Shown piece after piece: positions 38,651 through 48,090 of a stretch of DNA of 64,000 nt. Source of the stretch: Bdellovibrionales bacterium RIFOXYD12_FULL_39_22 (GTDB taxonomy: Bacteria; Bdellovibrionota; Bacteriovoracia; Bacteriovoracales; Bacteriovoracaceae); assembly GCA_001770205.1 (NCBI GenBank), contig MEQL01000057.1, positions 1-64,000 on the forward strand, read 5' to 3'. A program made the position numbers and the translations under genes. Position 1 is the first letter of the stretch, and every line of letters begins with the position of its first letter. Below the pieces are notes generated by a model that was given only the letters and a program-made list of their open reading frames with translations, was not told where the DNA came from and did not search any database.

Positions 38651-41600
38651 CTAGCGCAAAAAAACTTTGCCAAAAAACTCAGAAACATCATCTAATACTG
38701 ATAGCGCCGCTGGCAAAACTATCGTTGTTAAAACCGAGCCAAAGGCCAATCCCCACCCAAGTGTCAGCGCAATGGGTACTACGAAGGGATCCAATCCGCC
38801 AATTCCATAAGCGGTTGGTAAAAGTCCGGCCACGGTGGTGGCAGTAGTTAGAAAAATGGGACGAATGCGCATCTGGGCCGCTGAACGAATGCTGGCAAAG
38901 CGATCCATCCCGTTAGCACGTGCCACGTTGACAAAATCAATTAAGACAATGGCGTTATTAACAATAACCCCGGCCAGTGAAATAACTCCAATCAAGGCCA
39001 AAAAAGAGAGCGGCCGGCCATGTAGATACAAAGTCCACACTGCGGCCACAATACCCATGGGAATAGTCGTTAGCACCAACATCGGTTGAAGCATATTTTT
39101 AAAAGTTAAAATTAGAAGAAAAGCTATACCTACCACGGCCACAATAAAGGCCCTGCCAAGTGATATCATACTCTCCTGCGTATCAAAGTCTTCACCTCCA
39201 AAATGAAAGCTAAGGCCAGGATATTTTTTGGCAATTTCTGGTAACCACTTTTTAACTTCTTTGTTTGCCTCCACGGCCGTGGTAATATCGGTGTTAATCT
39301 CAGACATAACTCTTACCTGTCGCTCAAATCCCTCATGTTCATAAGAGGCAATTCCCTGTGACATAACCGGATTGGCCATCTTCTTGACTGGCACTAAATT
39401 TCCACTGCGATTGGGAATGCGTAGTTTTTCTAAAGACTGTTCTCCTTCAACATCAACCCCTAGTAATGAAACTCGCACATCTATTTCCTCTTCTAAGTCT
39501 TTGATGGTGGTGGCAACTAGTCCTTCATAGCTGGCCCGCACGTTTTGGCCAATTTCCGAAACAGAAAGACCGGCGGCCGCAGCTTCTGCTTTATTAACAT
39601 CCAAAATGATCTCGCGTTTCCCCAAATAGTAAGAGTCGCGAATATCTGTAACTCCAGAAACCGAAGACAGGCGATTTTTTATCTCTAAGGCCGCGGCCAT
39701 AATGGTAGCATAGTCTCCGCCCCTTATTCCAACACTAACGGGGTTCCCCACTGGAGGGCCTCCGCCTATTTGCGTAAAATTAATTTTGGACAATCCTTGA
39801 GGGAGGCCGATTTTTTTACGTACGTCATCTGCAATTTCCATGGAAGTCCTGGCACGCCCAGTCTCAGGAGTCAGGTACACAATAATCTGAGCATACTCTC
39901 CACCTCTGCGAACCATTGGATCTGCTTTATCCATCTGCTGTAGGCCAATTTTAGCGGTAAAACTATCCAGCTCATTGTTTGGCAAATTTTCTATTACCTC
40001 TTCTACCGGTTTTATAAGTCCCGTCATTTTTTCTATTGGAGTCCCAATGGGGGCCTGCACGTTTATAACAAAGGCCTCAATTCCCCCTGGAGGAAAAAGA
40101 ATAAATTTCATCTGATATTTAGCAAATAGCAAGGAGCCAAAAAAGAAGGCCACCGAAATAAATATTACAAGATAGCGTCGCTTTATCAACCAATCCAAAA
40201 GCGACAGATATTTTATTACTAAAAAATTATCCCAAATATTTGTTGTATATTTTAATAATCGACTCTCTTTGTGAATGCTACGCCCTTTGATAAAAGAAGC
40301 AAAATGAGTTGGCAAAATGAAATATGCTTCAAACAAGGAGACCGCCAGCGCAATAATTACACCCAAGGGAATGTTACCTAAAAATTTTCCAAAAATCCCC
40401 GACATAAAAAGCAGCGGAGCAAATGATGCCACCGTAGTTAGCACTGAGGCCGCAACCGGCAACCACACCTCTTGTGCCCCCTTGGCCGCCGCCTCTTTGG
40501 GAGATAGGCCCATATCCAAATAGCGTTGAGCATTATCATTTACCACAATGGCATCGTCCACTAACATACCGGATACAATAATCAATCCCATAACCGAGAT
40601 AAGATTCAGACTAACTCCAAAATAGTGGAAGATAGCAATACATCCAAAAAAGGAAAAAGGGATACCCAAAGCAGTAAGTACGGCCACTCGCCATGGTAAA
40701 ATAAAAGAAAGCAGTCCTAAAACCAAAAATAATCCGATAATAAGATTACCAGAAAGCACTGAAAGGCGACGTTTAATAAAATAAGAAACATCATTAATAG
40801 GAGTTAGTTTTATCTCTCCCGAAAATTTTGTTTTATTTTTATCCACTAGTGCTCGTACTTTTTCTACGAGAGTAATGGCATCCGCATTTTCTTTTTTTAA
40901 AACAGTAAGTCCAATAGCATGCTCTCCTCTCACTTGATAACGCAACTTAATCGGCTCAAATCCCATTTCCAGATGCGCTACTTGCCCGACTAAAATGGGT
41001 TCTGACAGCGCATTGGCGCGAATAACCGTCTGCTCCACATCTTTGATACTTTTAAAATCCCCCACTGTTCTAATTATCATCTCTTCAGCACCACTGGCCG
41101 AAGTAATTGAACCTCCAGGGATACTGATGTTTTGTTTTTTTAAGGCAGTAATCAATTCTTCCAATGAGACGTGCAGACTTTGCATCTTTTTGGGATCTAG
41201 TTGAACTTTTATTTCATAATCGCGTAGCCCATTAAACTCAACTCGCGCCACCTCTTTTAGGCCTTCAATCTCTTTTTCTAAAATTTTGGCCGCTTGGCGC
41301 AGCTCTTCTTCGGTGGTAGCACCTGTCACTGCAATTTCAATAATCGGAAGCATTTTTGTATCTAAGGCCAGCACCAGCGGCTTATCCGCCCCCTCTGGTA
41401 AGTCGGCAAATCGATCCACAATATCTTGCACATCTGCTTTGGCCTCTTCGGCAGTAATTTGATCTGGATCTAGTTGCATCACAATTGAGCTACGATTTTC
41501 TACCGAAACTGAAGTCATCTTTTTGATACCATCCAGCTCTTTAAACTCGCGCTCCAGTGGAGTAGTGATTAATTTTTCAGTCTCCTCCGGTGATGCCCCA

Positions 41601-41758
41601 GAAAAAACAGTGGCAACAGTTATAATATCGTAAGTAACGTTTGGAAAGGCCTCGCGCTTAATTTCTATTGCCGAATAAATACCAAAAGCGAACACAAAAA
41701 TCGTTAACAAATTTCCAAATAAACTTTTATCTACAAAGTATTTAATTAATGCATTCAT
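38651..41758 (-). CDS. RND efflux permease (AcrB-like)
   Basis: 1035 aa; GMLVDDAIVV, VNNAIVL, RIRPIFLT. Confidence 0.95.
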   Translation of the reverse strand: MNALIKYFVDKSLFGNLLTIFVFAFGIYSAIEIKREAFPNVTYDIITVATVFSGASPEETEKLITTPLEREFKELDGIKKMTSVSVENRSSIVMQLDPDQITAEEAKADVQDIVDRFADLPEGADKPLVLALDTKMLPIIEIAVTGATTEEELRQAAKILEKEIEGLKEVARVEFNGLRDYEIKVQLDPKKMQSLHVSLEELITALKKQNISIPGGSITSASGAEEMIIRTVGDFKSIKDVEQTVIRANALSEPILVGQVAHLEMGFEPIKLRYQVRGEHAIGLTVLKKENADAITLVEKVRALVDKNKTKFSGEIKLTPINDVSYFIKRRLSVLSGNLIIGLFLVLGLLSFILPWRVAVLTALGIPFSFFGCIAIFHYFGVSLNLISVMGLIIVSGMLVDDAIVVNDNAQRYLDMGLSPKEAAAKGAQEVWLPVAASVLTTVASFAPLLFMSGIFGKFLGNIPLGVIIALAVSLFEAYFILPTHFASFIKGRSIHKESRLLKYTTNIWDNFLVIKYLSLLDWLIKRRYLVIFISVAFFFGSLLFAKYQMKFILFPPGGIEAFVINVQAPIGTPIEKMTGLIKPVEEVIENLPNNELDSFTAKIGLQQMDKADPMVRRGGEYAQIIVYLTPETGRARTSMEIADDVRKKIGLPQGLSKINFTQIGGGPPVGNPVSVGIRGGDYATIMAAALEIKNRLSSVSGVTDIRDSYYLGKREIILDVNKAEAAAAGLSVSEIGQNVRASYEGLVATTIKDLEEEIDVRVSLLGVDVEGEQSLEKLRIPNRSGNLVPVKKMANPVMSQGIASYEHEGFERQVRVMSEINTDITTAVEANKEVKKWLPEIAKKYPGLSFHFGGEDFDTQESMISLGRAFIVAVVGIAFLLILTFKNMLQPMLVLTTIPMGIVAAVWTLYLHGRPLSFLALIGVISLAGVIVNNAIVLIDFVNVARANGMDRFASIRSAAQMRIRPIFLTTATTVAGLLPTAYGIGGLDPFVVPIALTLGWGLAFGSVLTTIVLPAALSVLDDVSEFFGKVFLR

Positions 41759-41761
41759 TAT

Positions 41762-43312
41762 CTATCTCCCTTCACTATCTAGCTTTTGCAATTTTTCTAA
41801 TTTCTCCGCCACACCACCACTCATGCGTAAAACCTTCCACGCCACTAGGCGTAAATCAATGGCCGTCTTATTAAATATTCGCCGGGCCTGGGTCAAATCA
41901 TTCCCGGCAATAATGACATTTAGTGCCGGGATCTGGCCTAACTTAAAGCGACGTTCTTCCAATATATTTCGCTCTGTCTGCAAAGAAATTGTCCTGGTAT
42001 ATATCTTTAACTGTTCTCGCAAACGAAAAAATGACCGGCAGTTATTTTCCCAGCTGGCCTGTAAGGAGCCTCTTTCTTGCTCAATCATAACATCGCTACT
42101 AATTTTTCGCGTATAATTTTGCGCAACCTGTGCCTTGTCGGCATAAAAAGAAAGCGGCATACTAAAAGAGATTCCTGCCCCCAATTGCGGTTTTTCCAAA
42201 GAAGTGGCGCGTGATATTGCCGCGCTATTTTGGCCATCAATACCATTAGCACTCACTGAAGCAAAAAGTGAAACATCTGGCCGCATCTGATTTGTTGATG
42301 CCTCTAATGATAGCTGTGCACTCTCCTGCATAAACTTAAGTTTTTTTAGTGTAGTTGTTTCACTAGGGGGTGCATGCAGCGCCGATGACGGGCCACAAAG
42401 TTGCTCCACTCGAACAAACTCATTATCCAAATCAACGGGGATAATTTCTGGATCAACAGTCAAAAACTCACTGGGCATTTTTAGGGTTATTACCAACTGA
42501 CGCCAAATATCACTTAGAGATTGTCTCGCATTGCTGACTTGCTCCTCGGCCATAATCAAGTTTCCTTCAATCTGCAAAACATCTGGCCGTTCGGCAGTTC
42601 CACGATTTGCCTTAAAGCGCATAATTGAAAGTAATCGTCCCTGTCTGGCATGATTTTCTAAAGCGGCGGCCACTTCTGACTGGGCCAGCCAGGCATTGTA
42701 AAAAATTTGCATCAATCCCAAGGCCCACTCTTCCGAGGCCTCCACTACTTCTAATTCCACAATATCTCGCGCCTTTTCCGCTGCCGACAAATTCATCCGC
42801 GAAGCGAACCCTAGTCCATCCTTCCAAAGTCTCTGGGTTATCCCTAACTTCAATCTGCTCTCGTAAGTGGGATCGGCCGAAACCATTGAAGCATACATCG
42901 GATTCAAATCATCTGGATAAGTCAGTTCAGTATAACTATTACTTAACTCCGCATTAAAAGAAGTTCCCAGCAATGTATATTTGGAAACTCCTAATGAGTA
43001 TGCGGTATTTTGTGTTCGCTCAGGAACTAGTGCTCCGCTGGCCTCATTTTTATTATCCACCAGAGAGGCCTTCGCTGAAATATTATAATCGGTAGTTGCC
43101 TGCGATAAAAGCAAGGCCGAATCAGAAGATAGTTTTTTGGACTGAATTAAGCGGAAACTATCCGACTCACTCATTCCCAAGGCCAAGATTAAATCTAGCG
43201 TAACTTTTTTTCCCGGGAAGGTATCTAACATGCGTTGAGCACTCGGAGGAAAAGTTTTCAAGGACGCGGCCAGTGTTAGATTTAGAGTAAAAAACAAAAG
43301 TACTACTCGCAT
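41762..43312 (-). CDS. TolC-family outer-membrane channel
   Basis: Signal peptide, duplicated OEP helical pattern (RRFKLGQ), adjacent to RND. Confidence 0.85.
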   Translation of the reverse strand: MRVVLLFFTLNLTLAASLKTFPPSAQRMLDTFPGKKVTLDLILALGMSESDSFRLIQSKKLSSDSALLLSQATTDYNISAKASLVDNKNEASGALVPERTQNTAYSLGVSKYTLLGTSFNAELSNSYTELTYPDDLNPMYASMVSADPTYESRLKLGITQRLWKDGLGFASRMNLSAAEKARDIVELEVVEASEEWALGLMQIFYNAWLAQSEVAAALENHARQGRLLSIMRFKANRGTAERPDVLQIEGNLIMAEEQVSNARQSLSDIWRQLVITLKMPSEFLTVDPEIIPVDLDNEFVRVEQLCGPSSALHAPPSETTTLKKLKFMQESAQLSLEASTNQMRPDVSLFASVSANGIDGQNSAAISRATSLEKPQLGAGISFSMPLSFYADKAQVAQNYTRKISSDVMIEQERGSLQASWENNCRSFFRLREQLKIYTRTISLQTERNILEERRFKLGQIPALNVIIAGNDLTQARRIFNKTAIDLRLVAWKVLRMSGGVAEKLEKLQKLDSEGR

Positions 43313-44079
43313 AATGCATCTACCTCTTGGTTAAAAGTCGAGGCCATAAGACTCATCGTCATCAGGCCCAACGTTTTTGGATGAAAATATTTTTTTATGG
43401 CCGAAGTCTTTAGGCCTAGGCCCCGTAAAATAAAATAGGCCAACTCTGATACCAGATTTTTTTGATTATGATAGTCAATAACATTATTTTTGCGCATAAG
43501 GGTCACGGCCAGTGCTAACTGATGTGAAAACCAAATACGATTTTTGGCAGCTGTTAGTTGGCCAATTGGAATTAACATATCTCCCGTTTTTGCTGCTGCC
43601 TGCATACTTTTGATAATTATCGGCATCAATTGTTTCATGCGATCATTGAAAAAAAATCTGGCAAATTTGCCATCAGTCATGCAACTATCCAGTAAAATGT
43701 GTTGCACCATTTTTTTAAATTGCTGCAATGGTGCTTCTTCTTGCGCAATATCTGCCACTAAAAAATAGATGATATTTATCAAGGTCGAAGTAGAAGGCCT
43801 TAATTCCTTAATTTTTTTTAAAATTTTATCATGCTTAGAGCAGATAAAAACTCCCAGTTCCGAAAAAAGTTCATCCTTACTCGCAAAGTGTTGATATAGT
43901 AGCGCTTCGGAAACGCCAGCGGCCTGAGCAATGGCCTTTGTAGTGGTGGCCTTGATCCCATACTCGGCAAAAAGCGGGATGGCGGCCAAAAAGATCTTTT
44001 GACGTCGATCTTTTGCCCTAATTTTCTTATTACTGGTAACCTTTTTAACTGGAGACATGCACCGCATGTTAGCAAACAC
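43303..44079 (-). CDS. TetR-family regulator
   Basis: TTTKAIAQAAGVSEALLYQHFASKDEL HTH; start may be ATG 44058. Confidence 0.92.
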   Translation of the reverse strand: MFANMRCMSPVKKVTSNKKIRAKDRRQKIFLAAIPLFAEYGIKATTTKAIAQAAGVSEALLYQHFASKDELFSELGVFICSKHDKILKKIKELRPSTSTLINIIYFLVADIAQEEAPLQQFKKMVQHILLDSCMTDGKFARFFFNDRMKQLMPIIIKSMQAAAKTGDMLIPIGQLTAAKNRIWFSHQLALAVTLMRKNNVIDYHNQKNLVSELAYFILRGLGLKTSAIKKYFHPKTLGLMTMSLMASTFNQEVDALCE

Positions 44080-44129
44080 TTACAAAAAATACTAGTGATT
44101 TAAGCAAAATAATTTTATTTTGTTAGTGA

Positions 44130-44573
44130 CTACTCGGCCTTACTGTCCTCAAGTGGAAATGCCAGAGTATTTAACAAATCTATTCGAGAAACAATTCCTA
44201 CGACCGTATTGGCCGCTCCAATCACCGGAATACGTTTTATTTTCTGTTTGTAAAATATTACTATTATATCTTTCAATTTAGCATCTACCCTAACGGCGGT
44301 AACCTTGCTGGTAAATTCAAAAGGAGTATCTAAATCCTTAATGGCCGCCTGTAATACTAGGTCATATTCGGAAAGAATTCCTTTCAAAGCGTTATCTGTG
44401 CCTAGCACCGGAGCACCACTAACTTTATGTGTTTTAAAAACACTGATAGCGTGTCGAATCGAATCCCCTACTCGCAGCGCAATGACTCCTTTTGTCATAA
44501 AGGAACCCACCGGCCGTTCCGAAACGTTGGCGGACTTGGCCTTCTGTTGAACATCTTTTATCTTATCTTCCAT
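44130..44573 (-). CDS. CBS-domain protein
   Basis: Tandem CBS motifs (SGAPV..GILSEYD; KRIPV..GIVSRID). Confidence 0.92.
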   Translation of the reverse strand: MEDKIKDVQQKAKSANVSERPVGSFMTKGVIALRVGDSIRHAISVFKTHKVSGAPVLGTDNALKGILSEYDLVLQAAIKDLDTPFEFTSKVTAVRVDAKLKDIIVIFYKQKIKRIPVIGAANTVVGIVSRIDLLNTLAFPLEDSKAE

Positions 44574-44733
44574 TTTATGCTCCTTTAACCTTGCCCTTTA
44601 TTTTATCATTATCGAACAGAATCAATGCACAGTACCAGCAAGGGAATATTTTTCTCTATTACCGCAATCACGCACGCAATGATAAACTTAAAGAGGATGA
44701 AGATTGCCGTAACGGCCACTCCAAAGGATTCAA

Positions 44734-46359
44734 ATGATAACCAAAATAATTTTAACAACTATTGCCATCGTTTTAATGCTTGCATCATGCTCACAAATCC
44801 ACTCCAACGCCGAAAACTCTACTCGCTTACCGGCCAGTAGTAGGCCGCAATATGTCTTGCTCGCCTTTGACGGCTCCATGAGCATCGGCATGTGGAAGGA
44901 AACTGTCGCCTATGCCAAAGAGCTGCAACAAAGAGGGATTAATGTAAAATTCTCTTACTTTATTAGTGCTGTCTACTTCCTAAAAAATAAAAATCGCGCC
45001 CTTTACCATGGCCCCCATCACAAACAAGGAAAATCAGACATTGGCTTTAGTGAAGACGACCCCAAGCTATTATCCAGTAGAATTTCCGCGGTTAATGACG
45101 CCTTTTTAAATGGACACGAAATTGGTTCTCACGCTGTTGGCCATTTTGATGGCAGCAAATGGAGTACAGAAGATTGGATTTCAGAAAACGAGCAATTTGA
45201 TAATTTAATTTTCAATATAGATCGTCTAAACGATATAAAGGTTAGGCCAGCTTTTACCAAAGATGACATCAAAGGAATTCGCGCACCACTACTAGCGCAA
45301 ACAACTTCTTTATTCTATCCGGCCCTCGTGCAAACGGGTTTTGAATACGATACCAGTAACGTTAATAAACCTAATTTTTTCCCAAAAAAAGTTGGTAATA
45401 TCTGGAACTTCCCTCTTGCCTCTCTCTATATCACTTCTAATGAATCCGATATTTCCAATCTGGCAAAATCTGGCAAAAAAACCCTCTCAATGGATTATAA
45501 CTTTTATGTGGCGCACTCACTCGGACAACCGCTAACTCTTCAGATGGTTACAGATCATCTAGTTGCCAATGGAATGAGGGAACAAGAGGCAAAATATAAT
45601 GCACAGGCCGCCTATGACAAAAAAATTCAACAGTTTGAAGACGAAACGTATTGGACATACATGAGTTACTTTAATCACAACTACCATGGTGGACGGGCCC
45701 CCATCCACATAGGCCACCATTTTTCTAAGTGGAACAAAGGAGCATATTGGAACGGAATGAAACGCTTCATGGCCGAAGTTTGCGGTAAAGAAAACGTTAA
45801 GTGCATCACCTACTCCGAGCTAACTAAAGAATTAGAAAGAAATCCATCTTTGGCGAAGGCCTGGGAGCAGGAAACAGATTTGTCAAATCGCTTGCCAGCA
45901 TCCGAATCCAAAGTACCCCAAATCGCACTCTCCATCGAAAAAAACAGGTATCTTCGCGGTGAAGTCATCCATAATGGCGCCGAAGGCCAAAACCTAAAAG
46001 ATACCAAACTCTCCTGGCTTGTTTATTATAGTAATCATGAAAAAACGATGTCTTCACCCGGAACTTTCGCCGGCGTACTTAAAAATTTGATAATGAAAAT
46101 AGCAATGGGTAAAAAACTCAGTAAGTATAGCTCAAAGCTTGATCTACAAAAAGTGCTAGTATGGACTCAACACGATTCTGCAATTATTAGAGCAGTGGTT
46201 ACTTCCTGGGACAAAGACAAAAAAATCTGGAGAGATATTATGGTAGCATCAAGAGTTATTTCCTACGACGAACCAACCAAGCAGTTTAACATGACAACGG
46301 AAAATATCGAAGATGCTACTACGCAAAAAATAATATTCCCAATTCACGATGAGGAATAG
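44734..46359 (+). CDS. Lipoprotein polysaccharide deacetylase-like (CE4) with C-terminal extension
   Basis: Lipobox LASC; AFDG, HEIGSHAVGH, GIRAPLL, YDTS, IGHHF. Confidence 0.82.
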   Translation: MITKIILTTIAIVLMLASCSQIHSNAENSTRLPASSRPQYVLLAFDGSMSIGMWKETVAYAKELQQRGINVKFSYFISAVYFLKNKNRALYHGPHHKQGKSDIGFSEDDPKLLSSRISAVNDAFLNGHEIGSHAVGHFDGSKWSTEDWISENEQFDNLIFNIDRLNDIKVRPAFTKDDIKGIRAPLLAQTTSLFYPALVQTGFEYDTSNVNKPNFFPKKVGNIWNFPLASLYITSNESDISNLAKSGKKTLSMDYNFYVAHSLGQPLTLQMVTDHLVANGMREQEAKYNAQAAYDKKIQQFEDETYWTYMSYFNHNYHGGRAPIHIGHHFSKWNKGAYWNGMKRFMAEVCGKENVKCITYSELTKELERNPSLAKAWEQETDLSNRLPASESKVPQIALSIEKNRYLRGEVIHNGAEGQNLKDTKLSWLVYYSNHEKTMSSPGTFAGVLKNLIMKIAMGKKLSKYSSKLDLQKVLVWTQHDSAIIRAVVTSWDKDKKIWRDIMVASRVISYDEPTKQFNMTTENIEDATTQKIIFPIHDEE

Positions 46360-46360
46360 G

Positions 46361-46700
46361 CGCAATACTTTCCAAGGATTCGTTTAACCAGAATGCCGGT
46401 CCTCTGCAATGATGGTAGTTGGCCATCATATTCATCTGTTTTATACTGGAGATTAACAATCTTGATAGCAAATGGATGAATGAGCGTTGTGACAATGATC
46501 GACGACAACTTGTTTCGACAAACCTCGAATAGCTTTTGAAATTTGAATAACCGTATTGGATTTTACCCGGGATAAGAAATATCCACCAATGTTGTCGATT
46601 GCCTGAAAAAACGCACAGTCAAAATACCCGAGATCAAAAATTATAAGATATCCCGCCACTGTTTTTAAATCCGGAAAGTTGAAGTGCCCTTTGAGTGTCG
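46361..46700 (-). pseudogene. IS4-family transposase remnant (central and possible C-terminal pieces)
   Basis: FPDLKTVAGYLIIFDLGYF...GGYFLSRVKSNT around the second catalytic Asp; then LSSIIVTTLIHPFA...SLQR in another frame. Confidence 0.7.
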
Positions 46701-46770
46701 GCGGCCAAGATACCAAAAGATACCTTGTCTCAAGATATTATAATTTTTGTAAATACATAACTTCCTCGGA

Positions 46771-47442
46771 CTACGAAAGAGCTTGCTTTAGCAGATACGA
46801 AGTCGGCCGGTGAAGGATCTCTTTTTTTAGTGGATTAAAGCGATCTACTAAATCCGGAGGAGGTTTAAACTTGAGATCTGGAAATAGTTTTTCTATTATA
46901 TCGACACTCATCGCCAGCACCGATGAATATAGATCCATTACTGTAGGATTCTTAAATTTCTTTTGCGGATTTTTTAGCACGTATTGCAGGGCGATTTTAA
47001 TTTCGCGGGGGGATGGAAGTAATCGCATCCAGTAGCGGTCTTGCCACAGTTTTTTAATGTGTGCGTTAACTCTATGGTTAACGAGTTTTGAAAGCGACAA
47101 TGCAAAACTTTGCATTCCCTTCGATAATTCTTTATTGCTTGCGGCCTCGACAATAAGGTGTAGGTGATTATGCATTAGAGAGTAGTGGACAATTCTAAGG
47201 CCTCTTCTCCTGGCACTTTTAACTGCTTGCCGGAATAGTTTGAAAAAATCTTTAGTACGAAGATTGATGCTAGTTAATGTTTCTTTCAAGTGGAGATTTA
47301 CATGGATGGCCATGTTGCGTTTTATGCGAGGTCTTTCAACATGAGAAATAAACTTGCTGCTTTTGGGCCGTCCACTGCCTATGCGTGATCCTCCATGCCC
47401 ACTTGTCCCTTTTAGCTGCAGTTGATTCTTATCATCTTTCAT
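46771..47442 (-). CDS. Y1 HUH transposase, RAYT-like
   Basis: HUH motif MHNHLHLIVE, WQDRY, catalytic YVLKNP, N-terminal GGSRIGSGRP AT-hook-like motif; GGAG RBS. Confidence 0.85.
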   Translation of the reverse strand: MKDDKNQLQLKGTSGHGGSRIGSGRPKSSKFISHVERPRIKRNMAIHVNLHLKETLTSINLRTKDFFKLFRQAVKSARRRGLRIVHYSLMHNHLHLIVEAASNKELSKGMQSFALSLSKLVNHRVNAHIKKLWQDRYWMRLLPSPREIKIALQYVLKNPQKKFKNPTVMDLYSSVLAMSVDIIEKLFPDLKFKPPPDLVDRFNPLKKEILHRPTSYLLKQALS

Positions 47443-47520
47443 ATCAATCCTATCTCCTAATACATGAATATGGCATATCTAATAGTAAAAGTAAAGAAAA
47501 ATATGCCAAGGAGAGGCAAT

Positions 47521-47768
47521 ATGCAATTAGATGGTATTAAAAAAAATTATGCATTGTTTTGACGCGATCCCACAAAAAGATATTCGTGCAAAAATTGGCC
47601 CGCGTGATTTTATTATTTCCATTATTACTGGAGCTTGCCTGCGAATCAATTGTAGACGTTGCTCAAATTGCAGTACCAAATGGTAAAGATCTGTTGGCCT
47701 TGCTTAGGGTTAATGGTATTTTAATTCTTGATTCCACTTCAATAACACTTCCCAAAATGGCAGGATAG
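47521..47768 (+). pseudogene. IS4-family transposase remnant (N-terminal piece)
   Basis: AGGAGAGG RBS; frameshifted MQLDGIKK/IMHCFDAIPQKDIRAKIGPRDFII; then ILILDSTSITLP (first catalytic Asp). Confidence 0.65.
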
Positions 47769-47806
47769 CAATACAAAAAGAATCAAAAGATATCTTTGGA
47801 GAAAAC

Positions 47807-47869
47807 ATGGAAAATCTAAAAACCTTAAGCGACTTTGATCTAATTTTAAATACCAAAAATCTAATTTAG
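47807..47869 (+). pseudogene. 20-codon remnant resembling the N-terminus of an HNH-endonuclease family
   Basis: GGAGA RBS then MENLKTLSDFDLILNTKNLI*; recalled similarity only. Confidence 0.3.
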
Positions 47870-48090
47870 AATAAAATTTTGTGCTTAAAGTATCTCATAA
47901 CGCCCAGACAATTCAATGTCCAACGATGGCATTTGGGCTTCCCTCTTTGCCTTTTGTTTCCATGGAATCGTCTAACTTCTAGACAGGGCCCTGTAATTTT
48001 AGCTGCATTGATACAATCCGCTGTATTCTGCCTCAAACGTCAACTAACATGAAGAAGTAAAAAACGGCCAATTCACAAAGGATCTGAATC

